Shown here: positions 35,005 to 42,872 of the stretch, piece after piece
Layout: each line of letters starts with the position of its first letter
Numbering within the stretch: the stretch's first letter is position 1
Virus record (IMG/VR): IMGVR_UViG_3300048091_000424
Length of the DNA stretch: 64,000 nucleotides
Strand: one strand, 5' to 3'
Source of the DNA: a virus
Lineage: Duplodnaviria > Heunggongvirae > Uroviricota > Caudoviricetes
Notes under the pieces: generated by a model
Databases searched by the model: none
What the model was told of the DNA's origin: nothing
The model's input: only the letters and a program-made list of their open reading frames with translations
Made by a program: the position numbers and the translations under genes

Positions 35005-35083
35005 ACCCCAGTCGCCAAACTGGATTAAGGCACCGGTCTTCGAAACCGGTCATGTGCAAGTTCGAATCTTGCCTGGGGTACCA
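35005..35083 (+). tRNA. tRNA-Arg(TCG), Gln-like D-arm
   Basis: Acceptor ACCCCAG/CTGGGGT; arm CCGGT-CTTCGAA-ACCGG; T-arm GCAAG-TTCGAAT-CTTGC; encoded CCA. Confidence 0.75.
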
Positions 35084-35178
35084 CCTTCTCGTCGCCTGTC
35101 CAGAAGCCACAATTGATTCCTTCGGTCAGCGTTGAAAATTAACTGGACAGGTGACTGCCAACTGGGTTTTTGGCAGCA

Positions 35179-35760
35179 TCAATGCTCCCACCACTTCGAC
35201 TTCGGTATGGCCGGATTCATCAGTCGGATTCGGTTTACCATCCCACCCGTCACATGCGAGTCCAGGAAGGTTAGAGGGTATTCCTTTCCCTTCAGCCACA
35301 GGGTTAGATTATACGTTGGGTTCCGGTAACCACTCCTCCCCGTCTGAGCTGTCTCGATCAACTCTGCGGGAACAATGGCGATACGAGCCGAAAAACGCTC
35401 GTAATACACGACAGCTCCGAGATCAAAGCACAAAAGAAGGTTTTTATCCCTGCCACGCCGTTCGGGGTCGCCGCTTAGCAGGTCACCCAGCACGAAATCA
35501 GCTCTTTTGCTGTGCAAATAAAGCCATTCGCTGACGGCGTAGATCCCCACCAGAATAATGGCCAGGGATAGCTCTGAAGCCACGGCGGTCAGCAGCCCGA
35601 CGACGCCCACCGCCCAGCGCCAGCGAAGTGTTACGAGACGCATCTGCTGCTTAAAATCAGCAAAGTACGCATCCGGAAGATCGTAGGTCACCACGCTCCT
35701 CGCGCCGGCGCCCTGATCCAAGGCTTTCGCCAACACACTGCTCAGCGATGTATCTGACAT
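35179..35760 (-). CDS. Hypothetical membrane protein (193 aa)
   Basis: Two adjacent hydrophobic helices; last gene of the minus-strand SPFH operon. Confidence 0.55.
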   Translation of the reverse strand: MSDTSLSSVLAKALDQGAGARSVVTYDLPDAYFADFKQQMRLVTLRWRWAVGVVGLLTAVASELSLAIILVGIYAVSEWLYLHSKRADFVLGDLLSGDPERRGRDKNLLLCFDLGAVVYYERFSARIAIVPAELIETAQTGRSGYRNPTYNLTLWLKGKEYPLTFLDSHVTGGMVNRIRLMNPAIPKSKWWEH

Positions 35761-35819
35761 ATCGATCCCCCAAGTGCGTCTTCCTACTGAGGCCTGCGAA
35801 TGCTGCCGTCAGGGCGAAC

Positions 35820-36272
35820 CTATTTGGATGTTGCGGAAGTTAGCAGCCCTATCGCTTGAAGCTCCGCCTTGACTGCAGCCTGGAAAGCATCCGTCTTGAC
35901 GGTGCTCAGGTTAAGAATTTTCTCCGCGCAAGCTTCGTCGCTGAGTTCTTGGTACACAATCACTTTGGCAGCCACAAAACTCTTTGCCGCCACCACCACA
36001 CGCTCAGGATTGGTCGGATCGAAACCTTTCACCGCCATAGCCAGCAAGTACATGCCCAGCGTAAACACAAGGGCAATGGGCGCCATCATGCAGATCACAA
36101 GCGTAACAAGCGCCTCTGGCTTTGCGCCATTCAGCAATGCCTGGAGGGTCACTGCCTCAAAAGCCCTGTGTCCAAAAAAGAAACAAACCGTGGAGAACAA
36201 CACCAATAGCACGCCATAAACCAAATTCCCGAATGCTGCATTTTTTTGCACGTCAGCTTTGCTCATCATCAT
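35820..36272 (-). CDS. Hypothetical multi-pass membrane protein
   Basis: Track ORF 35820..36323; ATGATGATG at 36272 after GAGG; hydrophobic segments. Confidence 0.55.
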   Translation of the reverse strand: MMMSKADVQKNAAFGNLVYGVLLVLFSTVCFFFGHRAFEAVTLQALLNGAKPEALVTLVICMMAPIALVFTLGMYLLAMAVKGFDPTNPERVVVAAKSFVAAKVIVYQELSDEACAEKILNLSTVKTDAFQAAVKAELQAIGLLTSATSK

Positions 36273-36323
36273 TGCCTCAAAAGGTCGTGCGGAGAACGGG
36301 GGCCGACGCCGGCCCCCATGCAA

Positions 36324-37262
36324 TCATTCATTGACTGATATGGTGGGTGTAGCGGCCTTCTCACTGATCATCACGGTCAGCAAGTTGGTCACGAGCGTGG
36401 CTTTTTGCGACTCGGTGAACTCGACCGTAGGGCCATGATCGCTTTCTTCACCCAGTTGCTTGATCACCTGACGTACCAGGGGTACGGAAGCATCCAGGAT
36501 CGCAGTACGGGCCGAGACCATCGCGCTCGCCTGCTGGCGCAGAAGCATCAAGCCAGCGATCTCCTGCGCATACGCAATATTGCTCAACCGGACATCGAGT
36601 ACACGAATACCGATGATGAACAGCTTCTTCTGGATCTTCTCCCGCATTTCATTCGCGATTTGTTCGGAGTTCTGGCGAAGGCAGGTTTTATCCGTCTTCT
36701 CCTTCATCTCCGCATCCGACAGATCGAATGGGTAGATCGACACCGATTCACGCAGGACGACTTCCATGGCATTGGCGACGATTGAATCCGGGTCATCGGC
36801 GTTAAAAATGTAGGACTCAGGGTTTACCACCCGATAGTTCAAGACAGCGCCAACGGTGATTGGACGTCCATCACTGTCGGTCATTTTAACGCTGGCCGTG
36901 GTTAGGGTCTTGGCTTTCAGACTGACCCTGGAACCGTCCATGAAGGGGTTAATCCAGAAAAAACCACTATCGAGCGCCGAGCCTTTCCGAGTGCCGAAAA
37001 ACGTCAGCACCACCGATTCGTTCGGGTTGATCTGCGTGAATCCACTCCACGACAGCATGAGTACAATCAGTGCCAGCGGGCACGCAAAGTCATAAATGTC
37101 GCCGATAAGATACGCGTGACTGCCATCAGCACGAATACCGTAGCCAATGAACGGCATGTAGATGATGCAGGCCAATGCCAGGATCATCACCAATACCATG
37201 GCACCACCGTTGAAGGGGGTGTAGCGTCGGATTTCATGCTTATGGTCTTGCTCTTGTTCCAT
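36324..37262 (-). CDS. SPFH/band-7 (stomatin-prohibitin-like) domain membrane protein
   Basis: N-terminal TM helices followed by an SPFH-like core and the A/Q-rich helix IAYAQEIAGLMLLRQQASAMV. Confidence 0.75.
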   Translation of the reverse strand: MEQEQDHKHEIRRYTPFNGGAMVLVMILALACIIYMPFIGYGIRADGSHAYLIGDIYDFACPLALIVLMLSWSGFTQINPNESVVLTFFGTRKGSALDSGFFWINPFMDGSRVSLKAKTLTTASVKMTDSDGRPITVGAVLNYRVVNPESYIFNADDPDSIVANAMEVVLRESVSIYPFDLSDAEMKEKTDKTCLRQNSEQIANEMREKIQKKLFIIGIRVLDVRLSNIAYAQEIAGLMLLRQQASAMVSARTAILDASVPLVRQVIKQLGEESDHGPTVEFTESQKATLVTNLLTVMISEKAATPTISVNE

Positions 37263-37435
37263 GAAAAGTACCTATGTGAATGAAGGTTACAGCCGCAGCT
37301 GGCTCGCTTTGCACAACTCACAAACTATACCGATATATTGACACTGCGACAAACAACATGCCTGTGACACTGGCGCCAGCCAGACCGCGTGCGTCACACT
37401 TAAATATCGTCGCAATCACTTCAGGCTGCCGCAGC

Positions 37436-38308
37436 ATGACCCCGGATTATCGCCAGCTCTCTGATGAGGATCTTCTGGATCTTGTGCTCTACGACAAGAT
37501 CGAGGTTCAGGACATTCCGCCAGCCAGAATGACTCGATCTTTCATACTCGAGGGCTCCCGGCAATTGCAGCGGTTTACCAAGAAGCTCACCCCGGAGCAA
37601 TTCACTCCGGAAGTGCAGACGATTGAGATCGAGCATTTACTCAAATCGCTTAGTTTTGTGGAGCTGGCCACGCTTCCCGAGAAGGCCGGTTACGCTGTGG
37701 TCGCCAGGCTGTATTTGAAGCGGTTCTCGGACAACATTCATGAAATACATCCGTCCTACCTGACTGATGATGACATCCAGACCGCCATCCTGAAAAATCC
37801 TGACTTGGTGAAATTACACAACCCTGCTCTCTTTGTTGCTGCACTCACACCGGCCCTGGCCAATCAACTGATTGAACATGACATTGCCAAGATCGATATG
37901 GTCGACCCATGGGTCATCACCGACGAATCTCTAAAGGCCGGCATTCACAAGAGGCCGCTCCGACTCCCCCATTTCGGAAAAGGCGAAGCGTTTCGACGCC
38001 TCATGGCTTTGCTCAAAACTGGATACTGGCCAGATCCAGACAACAACATCTGGATTACCTACCACAAACCCAGGACAGTGGCTGAGGCCGTAAAGAACAG
38101 ACTGGCTGACCACAATCAGCTGGCTGATATAACTCTACTCGATGCATATCTTTGCATTCAGCCGCTGACGTCTCTGAAGCTTCACGTGAGCAACAATGAG
38201 CTCCTCTTGCGCCTGATGCCCTGGTATCCGAAAGAAGAGGTGCTATCGACCTTCAAGGAGAACCTGGTGGTGGTCGGCGATGTGTTCAAAGCAGACCTCG
38301 GTCTCTAA
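37436..38308 (+). CDS. FxxDLGL-tail family protein
   Basis: Track ORF 37280..38308, start uncertain (ATG 37358 or 37436); ends VVGDVFKADLGL; GYWPDPDNNIW matches SGYWPEHWHDI in the next gene. Confidence 0.7.
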   Translation: MTPDYRQLSDEDLLDLVLYDKIEVQDIPPARMTRSFILEGSRQLQRFTKKLTPEQFTPEVQTIEIEHLLKSLSFVELATLPEKAGYAVVARLYLKRFSDNIHEIHPSYLTDDDIQTAILKNPDLVKLHNPALFVAALTPALANQLIEHDIAKIDMVDPWVITDESLKAGIHKRPLRLPHFGKGEAFRRLMALLKTGYWPDPDNNIWITYHKPRTVAEAVKNRLADHNQLADITLLDAYLCIQPLTSLKLHVSNNELLLRLMPWYPKEEVLSTFKENLVVVGDVFKADLGL

Positions 38309-38326
38309 CCAAAAAGGATTTTCCCG

Positions 38327-39277
38327 ATGACCGACGCGCACGAAAGCTATGACCACTACGATTACGAACCGTCGCCATTTGAGACCAAACCAAAGGGTGA
38401 CTGGACTGACCAGGACTACGCCGATGCTTTGGGTGAGCAGAAAATCGTCTGGAATGAGATTCCTGGGTCATTCAGAACCAGCACAGTCTACCAGGTGGCC
38501 GTGACTCAGGATCGTACGTTGTACGGGCAAATACCGAAGGATCATCTGAACACCGAAATTCAGCTGAATGCGATCCGAACTTTCCCCGCGTTGTTCGCTG
38601 AGCAGAAGTTCTTTAACCCAAAGCTCTGCGATAACTACTACACCCTGGCGTGCGCGGCGGTCGCGACTGACGCCCAAAATATCTACGAGGTCAGCATTCA
38701 GTGCATTGATCGTCGTCTAGTGAGCGAGGCCATCCTCACCCAGCCGACCGTGGTGTACCACCTGTGGCAAAGATCGGAAGAACTGTGCAAAGAATTGGTG
38801 GATCAAGCCTTCGTCGAAGAGGCGGCTATCGATAACCTCAGCTGCATAGTCCTGCACAAATCGTTTAAGGGCAGAAACTACCTCGCTGACTTCCCTCTCC
38901 CGGATGAGGTTCTGATCAAAGCCGTCGAGGCACAACCGAAGAAAGCACGCTTGCTCGCAGAACTTGGCAGGGAGGGACTGCTCACTGAAATGATCAGGTC
39001 TGGCTACTGGCCTGAACACTGGCATGACATATCCAGGCCACAAGACCTGGATGCAGGCATTACGGCGTTCATCCGGAACAAGGAATCTGCAATTCAGCGA
39101 GCCTACTACAAGGCCTACATCAACCAGTGGCCATCGAGTGAAGTCATTCCCCTGATGCTCAACTGGCCGAGGAAAAACTACCTCCCGGACTTGTTCCCCA
39201 AGGAGGAATTGTTTGACGTGTTCAAGGGCGATCTGCAGACCCTGGGCAAATGGTTCAGCGAAGACCTTGGACTGTAA
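38327..39277 (+). CDS. FxxDLGL-tail family protein (316 aa)
   Basis: AAAGGA RBS; ends LGKWFSEDLGL. Confidence 0.75.
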   Translation: MTDAHESYDHYDYEPSPFETKPKGDWTDQDYADALGEQKIVWNEIPGSFRTSTVYQVAVTQDRTLYGQIPKDHLNTEIQLNAIRTFPALFAEQKFFNPKLCDNYYTLACAAVATDAQNIYEVSIQCIDRRLVSEAILTQPTVVYHLWQRSEELCKELVDQAFVEEAAIDNLSCIVLHKSFKGRNYLADFPLPDEVLIKAVEAQPKKARLLAELGREGLLTEMIRSGYWPEHWHDISRPQDLDAGITAFIRNKESAIQRAYYKAYINQWPSSEVIPLMLNWPRKNYLPDLFPKEELFDVFKGDLQTLGKWFSEDLGL

Positions 39278-39673
39278 TCATTTACGCAGGATGAGCCAGG
39301 CCACGACCAGCAGCACGACGGCGAGGACTTTGACGCTCGTCTTCACCTCCCAGGGATTAATGGGCTTAAACCTCTCCTGAGAGGCCTTGCCGGCCCCTTC
39401 CCTGTCTGCACCATTACTCTGACCGAACACCTTTCTCCCCTCCAGCGCTTTCTGCTGGTACAGCTTGGTGTCATAGCTCATGCGCTTCTGAGGATCCATC
39501 AGCGTGGTGTACGCCAAGTTGAGCATGGTCATGACACGCACCGCCTCAGGCGAACCTTGATGGCGGTCAGGATGGTGCCGCTGAGCCAGACGCTTGAAGG
39601 CAGTCCTGATCTCAGTGGTCGTCGCGTTTTGGCTCACTCCGAGCCGGTCGTAATGCGTAATGGTGTGTTCCAT
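39278..39673 (-). CDS. J-domain (DnaJ-like) protein with C-terminal transmembrane anchor
   Basis: YDRLGVSQNATTTEIRTAFKRLAQRHHPDR contains the HPD motif; C-terminal VLAVVLLVVAWLIL. Confidence 0.9.
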   Translation of the reverse strand: MEHTITHYDRLGVSQNATTTEIRTAFKRLAQRHHPDRHQGSPEAVRVMTMLNLAYTTLMDPQKRMSYDTKLYQQKALEGRKVFGQSNGADREGAGKASQERFKPINPWEVKTSVKVLAVVLLVVAWLILRK

Positions 39674-39712
39674 AGGGGTATCATCGTGCTAATTGTTCGT
39701 AGGGTGTCTGCC

Positions 39713-40441
39713 TCAGGGTGTTTCCAGGGTTAACGTAGAACTCTCGTACGTTTCGTTGCTGTTCATCTCGACCAAGGTCAGGAAACCGTGCTGCTCGGGG
39801 TAGCAGACGCCGGTGTCGATGTAGCAGATATTGCCAAGCCTTTGTCGACTTTTAAGGGACGTGTGACCAACAAATAATATGTCTAAATTGCCTATCGTTT
39901 TGTTGTACCTGTCAACACGCCATACGGTCGATTCAGCCAAATGACTCCCCCTCAATAACTCGGGAGAGTAGTGGCTGATTTCCAGAACGAAATCATCCCA
40001 ATCATCCATAGGACATTGTGCGTGCACGATCCCAAATCGACGCCCATCTTGAGCTTCCACCTCGATAGCCAAGGGTAATCGCTGAAACGCGTGAATGATT
40101 GCCGCTCGGGTACCGGATGGCAGTTCATAGAACCAGGCTCCGCCATGATTGACATGCCTCTGCCGACGGCCTTGCAGATCTACGCCTGCAGCAATACACA
40201 TCAGATCGTGGTTGCCAATAACCGCATGCACCCAGGGTTTGGCCAGCCATTCGAGAACTTTTATGGAGAATGGGCCACGGTCGACCAGATCGCCGGCGAG
40301 AAACAAGCGGTCTTTTTCCGGGTCAAAACTGACATGCTCTAGCAGCGCTTCCAGTTCACAGAAATGCCCATGGACATCACTGGCAATGAAGTCTCGGCCA
40401 CGCGTGTTTTTTGAGAACTTGAGGTAGTTTTTATTGGTCAC
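39713..40441 (-). CDS. Ser/Thr protein phosphatase (lambda PP/PrpA-type metallophosphoesterase)
   Basis: DVHGH, GDLVDRGP, GNHD, VHAQ, GHT motifs; GTG start at 40441 after GAGGA (track start 40465). Confidence 0.85.
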   Translation of the reverse strand: MTNKNYLKFSKNTRGRDFIASDVHGHFCELEALLEHVSFDPEKDRLFLAGDLVDRGPFSIKVLEWLAKPWVHAVIGNHDLMCIAAGVDLQGRRQRHVNHGGAWFYELPSGTRAAIIHAFQRLPLAIEVEAQDGRRFGIVHAQCPMDDWDDFVLEISHYSPELLRGSHLAESTVWRVDRYNKTIGNLDILFVGHTSLKSRQRLGNICYIDTGVCYPEQHGFLTLVEMNSNETYESSTLTLETP

Positions 40442-40619
40442 GCGAGGCCATCCTCGACAACTCACAACCGCTATCGGGATGGGCCATCAATCAACTTACG
40501 ACAGCATTGAACCTGCAGGACGAAACGCCGCAAGGGACTCAACAAACTGGAGAGAAGAAGTTGACACAGGTAACCGACTTCGGAGGAGATTTTTGATGGC
40601 CCAGGTTAACACTTATTAT

Positions 40620-40660
40620 AGACAAAACAAAGTCTTAAGCGGACTCTTAACATCCGCTTA
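40620..40660 (-). terminator. Hairpin terminator after 40694..41005
   Basis: TAAGCGGA-N9-TCCGCTTA, followed on the minus strand by a T-rich tract. Confidence 0.55.
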
Positions 40661-40693
40661 GATGGAGGGGCAAATCGATGGTTTTACAGTCGG

Positions 40694-41005
40694 CTATTCA
40701 TTAGCGCACAAGAACTCGAGGCATCCTATCAACCAGAAAAATGCACCCCAGGCAGCAATTGATCCAACACACTTAAGGGCAAGAATTGCCCACTCACCCA
40801 GTGTTTGGTCTGCTAGAACAGGGACTTGCAGGAAAAAGTTAACCACGGCGATCACCAAAATGACCAACGAGGTCGGCACCGCAATCATCACGAAGCGACC
40901 CACTTTATTCAGGCGTGGCTCACGCAGTCCGCATTGGCAGTAAGGACAATGCTGCGGGTCATTGCGTAATTCTGTCTTGCATTCCGGGCAGGTAACAGTG
41001 GCCAT
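40694..41005 (-). CDS. Zinc-ribbon membrane protein (103 aa)
   Basis: CPECKTEL...CPYCQC followed by two hydrophobic helices. Confidence 0.6.
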   Translation of the reverse strand: MATVTCPECKTELRNDPQHCPYCQCGLREPRLNKVGRFVMIAVPTSLVILVIAVVNFFLQVPVLADQTLGEWAILALKCVGSIAAWGAFFWLIGCLEFLCANE

Positions 41006-41073
41006 GGGAAAATCACCTGAGTGGTTTCCCTTATTAACAACTATTCACGCTCATTAGTCAATTGTCCGTATAG

Positions 41074-41098
41074 CAAAAAGCCGCCATCTGGCGGCTTT
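41074..41098 (-). terminator. Rho-independent terminator after 41108..41692
   Basis: AGCCGCC-atct-GGCGGCT, with TTTTT on the minus strand. Confidence 0.8.
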
Positions 41099-41107
41099 AG
41101 ATGATGC

Positions 41108-41692
41108 TTAATGCGTCAACTCACCGCGAATCGTGTCGATTCGACCGAGCAGTCCTTCAAGGGGATAGCCCTCTTCAATCAAGCGGGACACATCGCCCTT
41201 CAACGAGAGAACGTGTGAGGAGGCTGAATTCAGTTTTTTAGCCACGTCACGATCTTTGGTGTGGGCGTAAGACGCACCCAGGTCGGGACGAATATCAAAC
41301 GGCTGAACCTTCAGCAGGTTGGCCAGGGAGACCAGTACCGATTGCGTCAGCGGGCGCTTGCCGTTCAAAGCAATGGTCAAGTTGGAGCGATCAACCCCAA
41401 TGTTTTTGGCCGCCGCGCAACGAGTGATGCGGTTGGAGCGCTGATACAATGCCCAGGCGCCAACTAGACGCTCCCAAGTTTCGCGGTCAGAGCCTTTGAC
41501 GGCGACGTCGATGGGCGTTTTAAGAATTTCTTCACAAGCTTTGATGATGGCTTTGCCGAAAAAACGCAGGTTTTCATGCTGTCCCGGCATCTTGAGCGGT
41601 TCGAGCTCGCGCAGGTAACTATTCTCTGGCAGCCGACTCCAAATGCCATCCAGCAGCTGCCCCAAATTAGGCTTGGTGGGCTTTCTCGCCAT
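41108..41692 (-). CDS. XRE-type helix-turn-helix domain protein (194 aa)
   Basis: ITRCAAAKNIGVDRSNLTIALNGKRPLTQSVLVSLANLLKV is a typical Cro/C1 HTH. Confidence 0.6.
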   Translation of the reverse strand: MARKPTKPNLGQLLDGIWSRLPENSYLRELEPLKMPGQHENLRFFGKAIIKACEEILKTPIDVAVKGSDRETWERLVGAWALYQRSNRITRCAAAKNIGVDRSNLTIALNGKRPLTQSVLVSLANLLKVQPFDIRPDLGASYAHTKDRDVAKKLNSASSHVLSLKGDVSRLIEEGYPLEGLLGRIDTIRGELTH

Positions 41693-41773
41693 GTTAAACA
41701 GGCCTCCCTTGTGAGTGGGCCGCGAATGCAGTCGTGGCTGGGTTACGAGTGGAAAAGTAAGTGATCATCGAGT

Positions 41774-42175
41774 TCACTGCTTTGGTGCTCCCTGGTTAGG
41801 TTCAGGGTTGCAGTTCGGAATGACGACATCCCCTTCCACCAGCCCCATACGGGAAAATTCTTTGAAGACGCATCGCTTGGCTTGCGGCTCGAAGTAGGAC
41901 ACCCACAGTGAATCTTCTTTCCAGGTGGCGCCGAGGAACTGAGCATTGGTGGGGAGCTCAACGGTAAGCGTGCCCCCGAAGCGGCGAGCGACTGTGTTTC
42001 CCAGGTAGAACTGCCAGAAACTCCAGCCGACGACGCCGACCAACAGCGCTGAGCAGAAGGCCTTGCCCAGACGAGTCAACTGACTGCCGCTTGCGTACTG
42101 TAAGACAACGAAACCCACGAGGCCCATAACCACCAGCAACGCGATGAAATAGACGTAAATAGCCATAAATACCAA
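41774..42175 (-). CDS. Hypothetical membrane protein (133 aa)
   Basis: Two N-terminal TM helices; preceded by promoter motif at 42219..42237. Confidence 0.55.
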   Translation of the reverse strand: MVFMAIYVYFIALLVVMGLVGFVVLQYASGSQLTRLGKAFCSALLVGVVGWSFWQFYLGNTVARRFGGTLTVELPTNAQFLGATWKEDSLWVSYFEPQAKRCVFKEFSRMGLVEGDVVIPNCNPEPNQGAPKQ

Positions 42176-42218
42176 CGTAACAGTGAGCCCCCTCCTTGGC
42201 GGAGGGTATCTAGCCGGA

Positions 42219-42237
42219 AATATACCTTAAATTGACA
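42219..42237 (-). promoter_or_regulatory. Recurrent motif TGTCAATTTA-N3-TATATT (minus strand)
   Basis: Exact 10-mer; 44 nt upstream of start 42175. Confidence 0.5.
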
Positions 42238-42276
42238 AAAATATGAAATCGGTTTTTCCGCTAACCGTCCAGGGCC

Positions 42277-42651
42277 TCAGGCCATGTCCAGCAGATCGGC
42301 ATGCACACTGTCCCACTGCTCTTTTGCCGTTTTGCGCAGGGTTGCGCTAGTCACGGCGGCAAAGGTGTTCAGCGATTCTTCCAGATCCAACGGCGGTATC
42401 CGGCGCACCCGATTCAGCGACACCCAGAAGGCATCCAGGGCGTCGAGGTTGAACTCCCCCGCGTCTTCCACATCCAGGGCGGACTCTGGATCATCCAATG
42501 CCTCATGCCACGGGTACAGCTCCCCGTCGATAATAAGATCGCAGCACACTTGCTCGTCCACCAGGCGGGCGCGCTGCATCACCAGCCAACGGCCACAGCA
42601 TTCATAGCGGACGTCGGTATCCTGGGTAGGCACTGGAATCGGTTGACTCAT
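42277..42651 (-). CDS. Hypothetical acidic protein (124 aa)
   Basis: ORF with D/E-rich composition; preferred over + strand shadows. Confidence 0.5.
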   Translation of the reverse strand: MSQPIPVPTQDTDVRYECCGRWLVMQRARLVDEQVCCDLIIDGELYPWHEALDDPESALDVEDAGEFNLDALDAFWVSLNRVRRIPPLDLEESLNTFAAVTSATLRKTAKEQWDSVHADLLDMA

Positions 42652-42872
42652 GTTCAGAATCCTTCTTGGAATTAGGTGCCAGGTCAGGCCTCCCGGTGTT
42701 GGGTGGCCGCCCCGCTGTGTTTGTTACCAACCTGACAGCGCTTGGAGCCACGGCGGGCGATATTGCGCTCAAGGGATAGCTCTGACAGTACAAACAGATA
42801 TCGCCGCTAGAACGGCCACGGGGGAGCTTCAAGCCGGCCTGCCTGCGGCGATCCGGAGATACGACTTCTCTC

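Noticed and set aside
32959-35534. Track ORFs spanning the tRNA region: 32959..33258(-), 33154..33378(+), 33400..33504 part, 34187..34609(+), 34621..34947(+), 35132..35329(+), 35151..35534(+)
   Set aside because: They read straight through hand-folded tRNA genes, or are antisense to 35179..35760. They are explained by the absence of stops in structured RNA genes.
41056-41074. AGTCAATTGT-ccg-TATAGC on the + strand, resembling the TGTCAATTTA-N3-TATAAT motif
   Set aside because: It matches only 8 of 10 positions, points into a terminator hairpin, and has no + strand gene downstream. On the minus strand the same bases supply an ordinary TTGACT -35 for 40694..41005.
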